Shown: piece after piece, positions 42,993-64,000 of the stretch | Position numbering within the stretch: position 1 is the first letter of the stretch | Layout of the letters: the number at the start of each line of letters is the position of its first letter | Assembly (NCBI RefSeq): GCF_009914755.1 | Contig: NC_060926.1 | DNA length: 64,000 bases | Reading direction: 5' to 3' (one strand) | Origin: the human T2T-CHM13v2.0 reference genome, Homo sapiens | Program-made: the position numbers and the translations under genes | Notes under the pieces: generated by a model | Seen by the model: only the letters and a program-made list of their open reading frames with translations | Told to the model about the DNA's origin: nothing | Database searches by the model: none

Positions 42993-45090
42993 ATTTAGAT
43001 GGAGATAAGGGCAAGTGAGTCAGGCCTTCTGAAATACTGGGCTCTCTAAATAAAGGATGGTGCAAGTATTTAAAGGGGAAAGGAAATGCCAAAGTTAGAG
43101 TTGATACACTCACTATTCTCCCTTGAAGAAAATCATCAGTTTCCTACCTTTGAGTGGCTTATCTACAAGGGTTATTACATGTCTGCAGGCATCAGGATTG
43201 CAAAAATCAGAGGTAAAGCTGTTTTCATTAGGGAATCTGGCAATTTACAAGAAAGGGGCTCAAAACTACATTATGTTAGGGCTTAATGTTAGACAAGTAT
43301 TCTTTGTCTTCTGTGGTTTTTCTTGAGATGAAATGTTTTACTTCTGACTGTGGGACTAATGTGTTCCTACAGGTTGCAACATAAAACGGATTTCTCACTA
43401 TGAACCTTAGAGAAACAGCTTGACAATCTTTGTCCTGGACAGCAAGTCTTCTTAGAGCTGGGGCCAAGTGACTTCTCCTTGACTCCTCTGAGCAAAGCCC
43501 AGCGCCAGCCACAGCACAGGAACCTGGGCAGGCAGTCCACCCTCAGGGCCTGCCTGTGACCACTGCTAACCTGTGCGGAACAAACATGTGCTGAAGGATT
43601 TGAGTTCTTCAGAGGACTTGGGGAACTGACTTATAGAAAATGCTCAGCACGTGGCCTAGCACAAGGCATTCTTTAAATCTGAGTCTCCTCCCCATTCCAT
43701 CTCTCATCCCTTTTCCTGAATTCTGTCTTTACTGATTTATCTAGTCATCCAGCAAAGAACAAATCACTCCAAAGCCATGACAGGCTACAACACAACTAGT
43801 TACTCCAACACTGAGAGTCCTATGACTCCCTCCATAAAATCAACTGAGTAGAATACTGAACAGCTCTTCTGAACATTTTCAGACAAATCTCTATTCTAGA
43901 AACCTTTCCACTGGGGAACTACCTCAAACTCTTCAATTATTTACTAGGAGATCAAACATAAGCACAGAAGCACAACAGGCAAATTTCACTTAAGCTTGGC
44001 TTTTGTCCTCTGGGGTTTTATTATTGTTCAGGTTTTGTCTTTCAATGATGTGGCCTGGTACAGAGAACCCTCTCCTGCTTTCGATTTTATTCTTTCAGAA
44101 TCTGGAAAGGAGGTCAGCTGTCCTTTCCAGGCTTCAGTTCCTCCATCTGTAAAATGAAGTTGTTCTAAATTATTTTTCATGTCTCTTCTAAATTTAAAAT
44201 GTTATATGCACACATCTTTTTGAGTCCCAATGACAGTCCCAACACAGGCCAAGCTAATCACGTGACTGACACTTCCCCAGAGGCACTTGGCTGAGGCTCC
44301 TGGGGTTGGGGATGGGCAATGTACCTGCCCCATCTGGTGTCACACTCCTAAGGTGTGCCCTCCCTCCCAACTGACCCCTTTCAAATCAAGTACAAGGCAT
44401 CTCTTCTCAACTGGAGGCTTCCCCCAATGCCAAGTAGCCTTCACTTCTCTCTCCCTTCTCTGACCTCTAACCACAACACTCAAGGATAACATAAGTGGGC
44501 ACTTGATTTTTCTCCACTTTTTTCATAGGATAGTTTATATTATGCTGAACAGGCTGTCAAGAAACGACCGCCTGATGATTTGTTGAAAGAGTCTACATCA
44601 CATTGAAAAAGGAGATGTATAAAGCAACAAGACTTTGTCAAAGGCCAGTAGCACTTTTAAAGAGGAGGCAGAAAGAATCAGCAGAAACCTCATGTCTGGA
44701 TTGAGCATCACCTCTTCCATTCCAGAATTTCACTCATGCTTTCAAACATACCATGCTTTTAGCCAAAAAATGAAAAATTAACATGCCGACACACTTAATG
44801 AATTCTCTTATTAAAAAATATGCTAACTTGTTCTAGCATAGAAAGCTTAGAGGTAGGATATGGAAATCAAAAATAAATTTGCTGCTTTAATTTCTTTTAA
44901 CTTCCAACTTTTTGTAAAACAAAAAGGCCCTGAGAACTTGGAACAAATTCTCAGCTCTGGGGAAATTAGCTTCTTTTATATTACCTCCCACTCTTATCTA
45001 ATCCTGATTTCAAATTTCAAAAGTAAGCAAAACCAAATTTGGGAGAAATAAACAAAAAAGAATGAGCAAGGGGTGAAAATGAAAGTTCAT

Positions 45091-45447
45091 TGTATTCATT
45101 TGTTTTCATGCTGCTGATAAAGACATATCCAAGACTGGGCAATTTACAAAAGAAAGAGGTTTATTGGACTTACAGTTCCACATGGCTGGAGAGGCCTCAC
45201 AATCATGGGGGAAGGCAAGGAGGAGCAAGTCATGTCTTACGTGGATGGCAACAGGCAAAGAGAGAGCTTGTGCAGGGAAACTCCCATTTTTAAAACCATC
45301 AGATCTTGTGAGACCTATTCACTATCACAAGAACAGCATGGGAAAGACCTGTCCCCATGATTCAATCATCTCCCACTAGGTCCCACTTGCAATGTGTGGG
45401 AATTATGAGATAAGATTTGGGTGGGAATACAAAGCCAAACCACATCA
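45091..45447 (-). mobile_element. THE1-family (MaLR) solo LTR
   Basis: TG...CA termini and THE1-like sequence; perfect 5-bp TSD TTCAT (45086-45090 / 45448-45452). Confidence 0.9.
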
Positions 45448-46397
45448 TTCATGAGGTAATTATTCCAAATGAGGAATTCACTGATTAGCTAAAGGCAATG
45501 AGGAAAAACAAAAAAAGGTGGCGGCGGGGTAGGGAGCTAACATTTATCCATTCTTCTATAAATGTTCCATGTACGAACCATGTTTTAGGAATCTATTCTT
45601 TCTGAGACCCTGTCACTTAACCTCTCTGGCCCAGCACTGGACAATCTCATATCATGACTAAAATGGTTTGAGTTCTATAATTAAGGACTTCACCCTAACT
45701 TAGAACCACTGAAGAAGAATTATCAAAGATTTTAGTCAGAAAGGGCCTTGGTCATCACCCTGTATTGATTTACCCTGTTTTAGTGACAGATTTATCACCT
45801 GTACTCACATCCAAGTCCAAGGGGCTCTAAAGCCCAGCTCTCTCTATGGTACGATATTTTATTCCCAGGGGTGGAGAGAATTAGGAATCCAAGTCCAAAG
45901 CTATACCAGTTAAACACGGGAAACCAAGCACACATTTTCATCAACTTTTGCTCCTGACAGCCCATCAGAATGACAGAAGTACAGATTATCACCGAAACAA
46001 CTCAGAGAAGTGAGGCATTGGTAGAACACAAGCAGCCATCAGCAAATAAATTTTTCCCCAAACACAATTTGAGAAGAAGAAAAGAGAGGGAAAGCCACAA
46101 CCCAGAATATGCTCCAAAGGGGCTGCAGTTGGCATGAAAGCTTATCCTCCTGGTCCCTAAATAAGTTCTGGGTTCCTGTGGCAGCTATGGGGCAAGAAGC
46201 ACTGGGACACTGGGATAAGCAGGAGAATGCAGGTGGACAAGGGGACTGCCACTGTCAGAGAAAAGAAGTTGTATACACAGGTGGGGAAAGACGAGGAGGA
46301 GGCCTATCAACAGGCCAGGCTGGGGCCCCTGCACAGAGGCTCAATTCTGTGATGAGATGAAAGTTCACATATTTGCCTCCCACCACTAGACTATGAA

Positions 46398-46522
46398 TAA
46401 GGTAACCACATAATTTATCATCTGAAGTCAGGAACTTTGAGATTCAAAGGGCGTACTCTTATACCAGGACAAGAGGCATGAACAGGGAATGTCCCAGGCT
46501 ACGTGGATATAGGGTCTCCCTA
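46398..46522. mobile_element. MER94-like (hAT-Blackjack) MITE inside an L2 3' end
   Basis: Termini TAAGGTAACC / GGTCTCCCTA (degenerate TAGGGTGACC TIRs); L2-like sequence on both sides. Confidence 0.6.
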
Positions 46523-49500
46523 GGCATGAGTTCCTCAGGGCAGGAACTAGGTCTCATTCTGCTCTGTATTCACAAGACCAAGGAGGGTCTCAGTAAACAT
46601 GCAGAATAACTCATGTGACTACTTTCTCCAGTAAATCAAATTTGCCAAAAGCAATCGGTATAGTATTTCTACCAGGGCTGCCTTGTTGCACAAGTCCAGG
46701 AGGCACTATCACAGCCCCATGCAGCAGCTGTGTTCACATAAAAGGAGATGCACTTTTTTTAAGAAATTTGTTTTTAAACCCTCTCTAAATGAGCTTTGAA
46801 ATGAACTTCCTCCACATCCACAGCCAACCAAAGCTCTGCCCTGAAGCCACTTTCCCACTGAACTTGCTGTGACCTTCCATGCTCATCCCTCCCTTGGCAG
46901 GGACAGGCTGTCAGAGCCCTGAGAGCTGCAGAGACAGCTGATGCCCCATACTGTGAGCCCAGAGCCTTTTTTCACTAGGCCGCTCCAATTCTGGCATTAT
47001 CTGACTTAGCAACTCAAATCAAAGATCATCAGGCATGATCAGCAGATCTGCATGCTCAAGTCTAGATGCTGACAGCAATACTGACAGTCAGAACACACAT
47101 TAAGAGCAGAACGGCCCTAAAACTTGTTCTAAGTCCTTTCCCTGTTTGCATCAGTTTGCTGTAGTTATCCACAGGTAAGGTACTAAAACAAGGGCCCTAG
47201 GATTTATCTCTTTTCCGAAGAGAAAACACCCAAAAAGCACAAGTGAACTTTCTTGCAGGGTTGTTTCAGGGACGGCCAGAAATAAGCACACAGCAGGAGC
47301 TAGCACTGGGCTCTGAGACTGACAGCTGTGAGTCCTATTAATGGACCTCCAGCACCCTTCTCACATTTCACTGCTTTAATCCAAGCTACCAAACAATTCT
47401 AATGAGACCAGCCTATAAACTATTCAGGTGCCTCTGAAGCAATCATCTCAAAGTCCTCCCACAAGAGGGGGTAGATGTGTGGGTGCAAAAAGAGAAATGG
47501 GGACGAAAGCAGTGGGACCACAGGCCAGACCTCAAGGTGCCTTGCATTTCTTGGACCCCGTTATCAGATCACATGCTAGGTGTATAATGTGAATTCCCAT
47601 GTTTATAAATCCTGTAATTACTTTGCAAACTGTATTGCTCTGTAATGTGTTCTGTGCTGCACCATATTTTGTGTTAAAAGTAATAGTCTGTAAAACGTAA
47701 GCAATAAGTGGAAACAACTTGGTCCTCTCTTGTTTTTCTTGAAAGACTGGGTTTTCAAGTAGAACTATAGCAGAGAACTAAAGAAATATTGTTTATAAGC
47801 AAAATGCCCAAGATGTCTGCAAACAGGACTTCCTTAGGTGAGCGAGATTCAAAGCTCCAAAACAGTAAGCATTGTAGACAAACTATAATCATTTTATTGA
47901 GGATTTACTGTGTGCAAAGCACAAGCTCATGTCTTAAATTACTTTCAGATGCCACTAGTAATTTTGATAATAACTACCTACCAATGCCAAATGCTCAAAC
48001 TAGTACCCAACTAGTTCCCCTAACATTCCAGTAATCCATCCTCAATCTCATTACCTCTTACCCACTGGACTATTTTCTAGGAACCTCTTACTCATCCCCA
48101 AGTTGGCTGAGACACCACCATAATTTTTTTACTTTCCAAGACACAACTTGGAACACCCTAGAAGCCTGCTCAAAAACCTTCAATGAACCCTCAGAGCCTG
48201 CTTAAAAAACAGCTTAACAGCCCTGGTGTGGCCTTCACGCCCTCTGAGGCTGGGCACCAATCTCTCTCTAGGAAGCATAGTTCAGGGGAAGAGTTTGGGT
48301 TCTGAACACAGATAGCCCCATTTCAGATGCCAGCTCTACCACTTATCTTCACCTATTAAAGGGGAATTACAACAGCAACTAACAAGATGGTTGTGAGGAT
48401 GAAGGAAAACAATTTGCCTAAAAGAGCTCTGCACAGGCCTAGTATGCAGAACTGTTCCATAAACGTTAGCTACTTTCATTATCCTCAGCTTCTTCCACTC
48501 ACTGAACAAACAGTCGAGCACCGCTGTGGGCCAGGCACTGTCCTGTCCTGATGCTCAGCATACAGACTGAACAAAACAAAGCCCTTGCCCTCTGGGAGCT
48601 TCCCAAGAATAGGGGGAAGGAGAGTACCCCAGAGCTTCAGTACACATGATCCATGGGCCAAAGTGGAACTTCTCCAGACTGCTCCAGCATTGCTCGGCAC
48701 TATTTCCACCTGGAAAGTTTACTTCTACATGACCAAATCCTGCCTATCTTATAAGATCCAGCTCCAGGGCCACCATTTCCAGAAGCTTTTGCTAGTTACC
48801 TCCCACAGAAGGGCAGCCTGGACTCAGCACTCTGCATCTCTTGTAACTGGTTGGCTGTAATGTACGACACGAGGTCCTCCCGTGCAAACGTCTCCTCTGC
48901 TATAATCACTAGTTTGAAGGCAGGGAATAGAATTTTTCTCCCTTTAACTCCCTGGCACATCTTATCTTCACATACACACAAACACAAAATGTGTGAAACG
49001 GGCAAATAAATCTCTACCCTAATTATCCTCTCATCATGCTATGACTAAGCCATGAAATCTAAAGACAAATCTGGACTACAAAGAGGTGTTAGGAAAGAAA
49101 AGAAATACCTTTGGAGCGCCACATAATACAAATACACGATATCAGAGTTTAGTGATTTATCTTGGCTAAGAAGTTATAAAGTCTCTTTCTTTATGTGACT
49201 ACTTCTATCTTCCTAGATGGGGTTGGGAAGCTGGTAAAGTTTCGGTGGACTGGTTAACTTCTAAGATTTTCATGCTTTTACATCCATGAATCAAAAACAG
49301 AGAAAGATCAAGGCTTTATACACTTTCAGGATGTCATCAGAGTATCCAGTTTCTAACATGCATTGAACAGCACCAGTACAGAACAGAGGGAGGATTCATC
49401 CACTTGTCTAGAGGGCTTCAGACAGATGTGTACTGTGCTCTCAGACTCAGGGCTGAATCAATAATGGACAGGGGTGGCTAATGACGTCCAGCCAGAATTG

Positions 49501-50319
49501 GTTCAGTATGATTCAGAGTTCAGAGACAGCACATTACTGCTAAGCAGGGGTCAAAGAGACCTAGCTTCCACCCCTCCCGGAACCCTGGGGGCAATTGTAA
49601 CCACTGGACCAGAGAGGGGTGGTCAGTGGCCTTCAGAGCCCCTGGTCCTCACACTGGGGCAGTCTAATCAGATAACAAATGACCCTCAGAAAACTCAGCC
49701 TTTGATTTCAAATAAGAAATGTGTTGTATTCTAGACGAGCAAAAGAACAAATGAAACAAACATTTCTTTAATAACCATAACCCAACTTTAGTGAAGACTG
49801 CCCAGCACTAAGCAAGTAACACGCTCACAACTGAAAGAAGGAATGAGTCTATCCGGAGAAAGGATTTTTCCACATAACTGAGGACTGATTCTAAATGTCT
49901 TAAGTTTCCATTTAGTTAATGGAAATCTCCTAAAATGTACTAGATATTTCAATTATAGAGAATACTCTAGAGTTTGGCTTTTCTTGAAGTCACCATTACA
50001 AATATAGCCATTGTGTGAAGCTCAAGTCCAAGAGTTGCTTTCCAGGGTCCTATAAAATAGAGCAAATCAGAGGAGAACTCTGTCATATCCAGGTCCTTGG
50101 TCTTCCCCTACCTTCACTTACTGCTGAGACACTGGGGAGACAAACTTCTCCACAAGTTTTAGTTAGGGAGGTGGCAGGAATAGTTTGGAGGAATAGAATT
50201 GATAGGGTAGCCTCTGGCTGTCCTGAGCTGGTGTCATATATCTGTTAAGCCAGAGGGATGTAAAAGTTGCTCTCAGGAAAGCCATGTGCCTTCCGGAGAT
50301 ATAAATGTTCAATCCCTCA

Positions 50320-50850
50320 TTATGTTAATTTACTCAATAAATATTTATTGAGTGGCCACCATGTCCCAAGCACTGTTTTAGGCAATAGAGACGCTAATGA
50401 CTTTGCCTGTCTTCCTAAACTGCCATAAGAGGTCTCTGCCTCAAGAATCTTACATTCAAGTAGAAGGAATTTCAAATAGTGGCAAAGTAATTGACTGAGG
50501 GTAGAGACTATTTTAGCTAGGGACGTCACAGAAGGTTTCTAAACAGTGAGTTTAAGCTGAGACCCAAATGATAGGATATAGCTCATAACACAGAGATCGG
50601 GAGAAAGCCAACTAACCATTAGAAAGCCCTCTGAAGCACAATCTAGAGACAGAGATCAGGGCGGCTGGAGGACAGTAAAAGACAGCAGGAATGAGAACAA
50701 GGCCAAGAGACAGCTAGGGCTAGGCCTTCGGCACAAGGTCATTAACCCTTTAAAGTAAATGTTTTAATTTTATTTTAAGTGTAATGGGAAGACACTGGAG
50801 AAGGTTAGGCTGACAAGTGATAGAACCCAATTTATGATGTTAAAAGATTT
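50320..50850 (-). mobile_element. L2 fragment
   Basis: AATAAATATTTATTGAGTGGCCACCATGTCCCAAGCACTGTTTTAGG is the reverse complement of an L2 3' end. Confidence 0.65.
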
Positions 50851-50854
50851 CTTA

Positions 50855-54590
<3,736 letters not shown>

Positions 54591-55219
54591 TAAACAATGT
54601 GACAGCAGGATATGCTTAAGAAACAGTTTCAAGTTTAAAGTCCTTTTTTAAGTGTCTTTAGCACGCCAAGAATGTATATGCTAATAAATTAGTTCTCTAA
54701 TTTTTAAGACAACTGTTAAATAACAATATTGCACTATTTGGCCCAAAAGTATCATGGTCTGGATTACCACATTCACTACAGTTAGATCATATTTCTTCAT
54801 TGTCTAAGTTAATTCTCTCATATTAATTGATATTTGTTCCTATTACCCTGTCACTTCAAATCTGAAATGTTGAATTAGGAGACTTTTCAGTTCAAAAGCC
54901 AATAGACACACAATTTAAGTACAAATAAAACTGAATACATGTGAGTAAAATTATTGGTTTGTATCAGTATCAATATCCTGGTTGTGATTTGATACCATAG
55001 TTTGGCCAAATGTTACCATTTTGGGAAACTGGGCATTTATAAAAAGGATCTCTCTATATTTTTCCTTATAACTGCATGTGAATCTATGATTACCTCAACT
55101 TTAAAAGGGAGAAGGTAGCCTAAAAAAACAAAACAAAACAAAAGCTAATGGGCAACTGTGTCCTGTGAAACCCTATTTTCTCTTACCACACATAGACCAG
55201 CAACAAAAACGTAAGCTTT

Positions 55220-56691
<1,472 letters not shown>

Positions 56692-59077
56692 ACATTAATT
56701 TTTTAATAAAAAACTTTTTTCAAAAAAGGGAGGCTTTAGAGCTAATTGCTTATAAGTAAAAGCATGAAAATGTATCAGATTCTGAAGCTCACACACCACA
56801 AAGTAAAAGGGAGAAAGTAAGAGAAGATTCATGGATAATAAGCTTTACACAGTCCTGTAAAGAGGTATGGCAGGTAGTATTATTTCTCTCCATCGTACAA
56901 ACCAGGAAGCAAAGGCTCAGTGACGTAAAGTGGTCTGCCCAAGTCTACGCACCAGAGTAAAGCAAGTGTTCACAACTCAATATAAAAACATGAAAACGAA
57001 AAGTAATTTCCTACTAGGAGAAGAGTGGGTGAGGAGAGGCAGAAAGGAGGAGGACGGATAAATACACCTAAGATAACATTACTTAAGTGGCATAATCTCT
57101 AAAGCATCGGTGTAAATATCCAGGCTCAAGACCTGTTACAGGGCTTCACATTATGAGCTATAGAGAAGGAGACACAGTTAAATGTGTCCCTACCCAACAA
57201 CAGAGGGTGCAGATTCTCACCCCCAACTAAAAAATGACTTACGTAGCTAAGAGCATGACACAGGCCAAAGCTAACCTTTGAATCCCTGACGGATAGGCCT
57301 CTATAATAGCAAGGTATTACACAACCTGGCCTGCAATTATTATTTGTATTTGACCATCAAAAAATCTTGTGGAATACCATGAACAGGAAGGGTTAGAGGT
57401 CTTTTCATTTATTAGACAGATTTTACTGAGTAACAACTATGTGCCCAGGCACTAAGCAAGGTGTTACAGGTAAAATTTTTTTTTTAAAAAAAGGGGGTAG
57501 ATATGGGGTGAGAGGTACAGACATTAATCAAATTATCACAACATAAATTAAGCCATGGTAAATGTTACAAGGTAAAGCTTTGAAGGCATACAAAATGGAT
57601 GCAGGAATGCCCAGCAGGAACAGATCTAGGTTATGGGATTTCAAAAACAAAACACATCATCTAGTGAGGAAAGCTCATCATCTAGTGAGGAAGACTTGTA
57701 CAAAGAGGTAGCTTGAGTATAGTGCAATACCAGGTAAAAGTGCTTCCTTGTGTTCGAAGCCTGACAAGATGTTCTAGGCTTATCTATCTCAGACACTTCC
57801 TGCTTAGATTTGAAACCAGCCACTTCTCCAAGGAGCCCCAATTCCTTTCACTGGGAATTGGCCCTTTCAGATTAGCTCTGTGCCCTCTGACATGGCTTGA
57901 AAGGGCTCCTACTGGCTAATATGAGACCCCAAGAATATGCTCAAATGAAATGGAACACCAAGTATGTTTAAATTCATGAGTTATATTAATACTAAAAAGA
58001 TCCTCTTTCTTTTGGAGACTGGTAGACACTAACTCATGTTCTGAAAATCTAAGGAAAGAATAAAGCAGTCAAACTACCTTTCCTATACAGAATGCATTTC
58101 AGAATAATCAACTAGTTGAAGAGGCAAAGTTCTTTATAGAAGAATCACAGCTAATAAATAATAGAACTGAAGGAAATGACAGAATTAGAAAATGTCCTAT
58201 TTTTGTGACAATTGAGGATAACTGAACACAAACTAATTAGTGGTGACATTAAGGGACTGGCGGTAATTTTGTTAGGCGTGATAATGGTACCATGGTTATT
58301 TTTTAAGACCTTATTACGGATACATATTAAAATATTTATAGGTAAAATGATAGGACACGTGGAATGTGCTTTAAAATTCTCCAGGGGACTGGGGGGCAGC
58401 AGAGGGAAGACAGATGAAACAAAAGCAGCAGAACACTGAGAGTTGTTGAAGCTGGATGATGAGTATGGAGGTTCATTGTTTCATTTTCTTTACTCTTACG
58501 TATCTTTAAAAAAAAAAAAAATCCATGACAAAAGGTTGGGAAAAAAGATCCACCTTTATGCATGGGATAATCATCACAATGCACACTTCAAATGGCAAAA
58601 ACGTGCAAATGACCTAAATCTCTATCAATAGGAGACAAATTAAGTAGATCATAACACATAAAAAGGAATCCTATGAGGCCATAAAAATGACCATATTTCA
58701 ACAAGAAAACCTATCTGGCTAACTTTTTACACTGAGTAAAACAAAACAACAAACAGGCTATAGAATAGCATATATGGTGAAATTCTAATGTGATATATGC
58801 ACAGAGAAATGCTGGGAAGGCTGTTCCCCACAGTGTGGGCATCTCTGGGAGGTAATGTATTAGGCAAGTTATTTTCCTCACTGTTCTGTGGCAACTTCTC
58901 ATAAAGACACTGACCCACGTAATTCTTTGGGAGGCAACAGGGTTCAAGTTTATTTTTAGTTTCCTCAAATTTAAAATGAGGTTGAAAATATGGTTCTAGT
59001 GGTGATTTAATGAATAAAATACTGAAAGCAATTATCACAAGATCTGGCATATAACTAGATATTCAAAACATGTTAGA

Positions 59078-60028
<951 letters not shown>

Positions 60029-62546
60029 TTAGACCTCTTTTTGCTTTTTTACATTCCAAAACCAAAATAAAGCAATTGCTTCTTAAAAGCACAAGCATTT
60101 GGAAGTGACAGTAAGAGGAATTAAAAACACACACACACAAAAAAAAACTTCACTCTGTAAGTCTAAAACTCATACACTTATACACTTTCCCTCTTCCTCC
60201 ATATAAATACCATAAAATTCATCCTGTTAAAGTGTACAATTCAGTAATTTAACTATTTGTTGAAACCTAATATACATTTGTTTCATTTTAAAGACAGAAT
60301 TCAGTCTTCCTTAATACAGCCCCATAATGTATCTTCTGAAACAAATCTTTGAAAATACAGTATTATCCATGTCCTTAGACCGTCACATCATAACAACATT
60401 TTAGAGGTGAGCCTAGTCATTTATTCATATGGTTTTTTTACTCTCACATCAAATGCCTGTGAAAATTCAGCATTCTCTCAGAACCAGGCTTCTCCGTAAT
60501 TTACTATGAAGAAGACAGAGGGGCTGGGGGGATCTGAAGGAGCTTTCTCACATGTATGGGATTCCTTCACATATGGAATCCCTTCCCCTCTTCTAGCTCA
60601 CTTGTTAAAAATTGGTGTTTCATGTGCATACCATAAACTTCATCCTTTTAAAGTGTACAACTCCGTAATTTACAGTATATGCACAGGTTGTGCAGCCATC
60701 ACCACTAATTCTAAAATATCTTCATCATCTCAAAAGAAACCGTTATCCATTAGCAGCTGCTCCCGATCCCTCCTCCTCTCAGTCCCTGGCAACCACTAAT
60801 GCAATTCTCATTCTCCCTAAGGCTGTTTTGTTGGTGAAGGGGAGAGGAAGATGCAAGACATTCATTCTTGAGTCAAAGGATCTCCATTCTATGAGGTTTG
60901 TAATATACAAAGAACATGCTTTAACTCCACATGTACCATTATGCATTGAGGAAGATAAATAAGCATCTTCCTCTTGAATTAATCCTTCTACTATAAAGCA
61001 GAAATCAAACCAAACTGCCAGATTTGGCTTACTCTGACTGCATTGCTAATAAACTCTGAACATTTGGCATGGCATATTTCATAATCTTCTATCTCAAAAG
61101 TCTGAGGCAAAAATAACAAAAAAAGAAAATCTGCAGCAATTACCACGAAAAAATAAACTAAATGTAAAAAGTAGTAAATGAAGTCATTAAAACAAGCTAA
61201 ATTCATACCAGTGTTTGCTCATTTCACTGGCAAAATTCATCGAAACAGTTCAAGTATTAAATGTAGTAAGAGATTTTCTACAGATTTTTATTTTTGTCTT
61301 TTTAGAGCAACCAGATTAAAATTTAAGGGAAAAAAGTGGGACTGATGCAGTGGAATATGCTTTAGTGGATCCCTGATCCTAACTGTAATATTGCTTGGGT
61401 ATTGTCCATATATTAAAGATGCAAAGTTACTTTATTGTGAGCAGAATTCCAAAAGAAAAATTAAGAAATCACTGTGAGGTACCAGTGATCTTCCCTAATT
61501 TCAGAACTGCAACTGTATACCTAACAAGGGCATTACTTTTTACAACAAATCTTTTATTTCTTCATGTAGCAGACAACATAAATAATGTATCATCTTTAAT
61601 CATATCCTGACAAATACCTTCTCAAAAGCACTTGTAGAAGAAAATTTTAAAATTTCTCTTTATAAAATAATGTATGCCTATTGCGAGGTATTTTAAAAAT
61701 GCAAGACAGAAATATAACCTATCTATAATTTTATCAATTAGATTAACACCATTAACATTTTCATTTCTTTCCAGATCATTTTTCTACACATTTGTACAAA
61801 GTTGAGCCTTTGCTGTATTTAAATTTTGCACTTGCCTTTTTCATTTTACATTATTCCATTAGCATGTCCCCCAAATCACTGAAAACTCTTTATAAACTAC
61901 ACTTGCTGCAGAGTGCACCATCGCCTGGATAAACATGTAAATATTTGTACACATTTATCTTATATTCTCCTAGTGCTGGGTAGTTAAGATTTCCCAATTT
62001 GAAAGCCATTATTTCTTATTTCAAGTGTTTTTTAAATCAATCATGCACATATTTTTTTTCTTGGACACACAACGCATGCACAGAGGCCATATAATTTGGT
62101 TCCAAAGGACTTGGATATTTTCAAGCCATTGTGATGCAGAGTAACTGCCAAAAACTACATTCCTGTCTGAGAAAAAATATCGTTCATATCATTAGGACTT
62201 TGGAATAAACAAACAATGACCCATACATTCTTTAAAAACCACTTAGAAATTAAAGGCCATGCCCTCAATCAGTCAAAAAGCATTCTCTCCTATCTTAAAC
62301 GTGCAATCAGACCCCTCTGCTGACCTTTAATACCAAAAACGTGAGGAAGGAAGATTCACTTTGTTTACCTGTGTGTCATTTTGGTAATGGCTATCTTATA
62401 TAGCTGACCTTGAATTTCTAATTTAGACTCTATTCACAGGCAGACCAGCATTCCACAAAGGTCACTCTGCAGAGCAAAGGATCCCAGGAACTATAATACA
62501 GTACCCTAGAATCGTTTCTCTGCCTCCCAAAAGGCCTTTTGTTCTT

Positions 62547-62855
<309 letters not shown>

Positions 62856-62883
62856 CCTTTTGTTCTTAAGTAAGAAATAAATA

Positions 62884-63436
<553 letters not shown>

Positions 63437-63437
<1 letters not shown>

Positions 63438-63947
63438 AGAAAGAAAGAAGAAAGGAAGGAAAAAAAGGAAAAAAGAAAGGAAGAAAAAAAGAAAAAGGGA
63501 AGTGAGGGAGCAGAGGGAGGGAAGGAGGACAGGACAGGACAGAACAGGACAGGAAAGGGAGAGAGAGAGAGAGAGAAAGAGAAAGGGAGAGAGAGAGAAA
63601 GAGAAAGGGAGAGAGAGAGAAAGAGGAGGAGAGAGAGAGAGAAAGAAAGACAAAGACAGAAAGATGGATGGATGGATGAATGGATGGAAGGAAGGAAGGA
63701 AAAGAGAGAAAAAGAAGGGGGGAAGGAGGAAGAGAGAGAAAGAAAGATACATGTTTTTGGAAGGAAGGAAAGAAGGGAGGGAGAAAGAAAGAGAGGAGAG
63801 AGAGAAAGAAAGACAGAAAGAAAGGCAGAAAAGAGGGAAAGACAGAAAGGAACAAAGACAGGAAGACAGAAAGCAGGGAGGGAGGGAAGAGAAAAGGAAA
63901 GGGAAAGGGAAAGGGGAAGGGAGAGAGAGGGAGAGAGAGGGAGAAAG
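63437..63947 (+). repeat. Purine-rich compound microsatellite ((GGAA)n, (GA)n, (GGAT)n, (GGACA)n)
   Basis: About 500 bp almost entirely G/A on the + strand. Confidence 0.95.
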
Positions 63948-64000
63948 TCTTCTTCCTAAACTGGCTCTAAGGTAGTCAAAATTATTCTTCTGGCTGTTAA

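Overview
This is human (primate) genomic DNA, not a microbial window. It covers part of the CLASP1 gene on the minus strand. Four consecutive coding exons (11534-11612, 9964-10067, 9086-9177, 7132-7207; exons 3-6 by my recollection of the numbering) splice in frame and encode part of the N-terminal TOG1 domain. Everything from 11613 to 64000 is one long intron. The key non-coding element sits in that intron on the opposite (+) strand: the gene for U4atac, an snRNA of the minor (U12-type) spliceosome (RNU4ATAC, 12167-12296). It has a complete Pol II snRNA promoter (GC boxes, octamer, SPH/ZNF143-like site, PSE, no TATA), a kink-turn 5' stem-loop, U6atac-pairing segments, a 3' stem-loop, an Sm site and a candidate 3' box, all within a CpG island that also contains CLASP1 exon 3. 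The rest is typical repeat-rich intron: about 40 Alus (including a human-specific AluYb8), a decayed full-length L1PA13-like element nested in an older L1M, THE1 and MST solo LTRs, hAT MITEs (MER30, MER3, MER94), L2/MIR relics and simple repeats. Almost all ORFs in the supplied track are Alu, L1 or low-complexity artefacts. Repeat subfamily names were assigned by eye from remembered consensus sequences, and many repeat boundaries are approximate.
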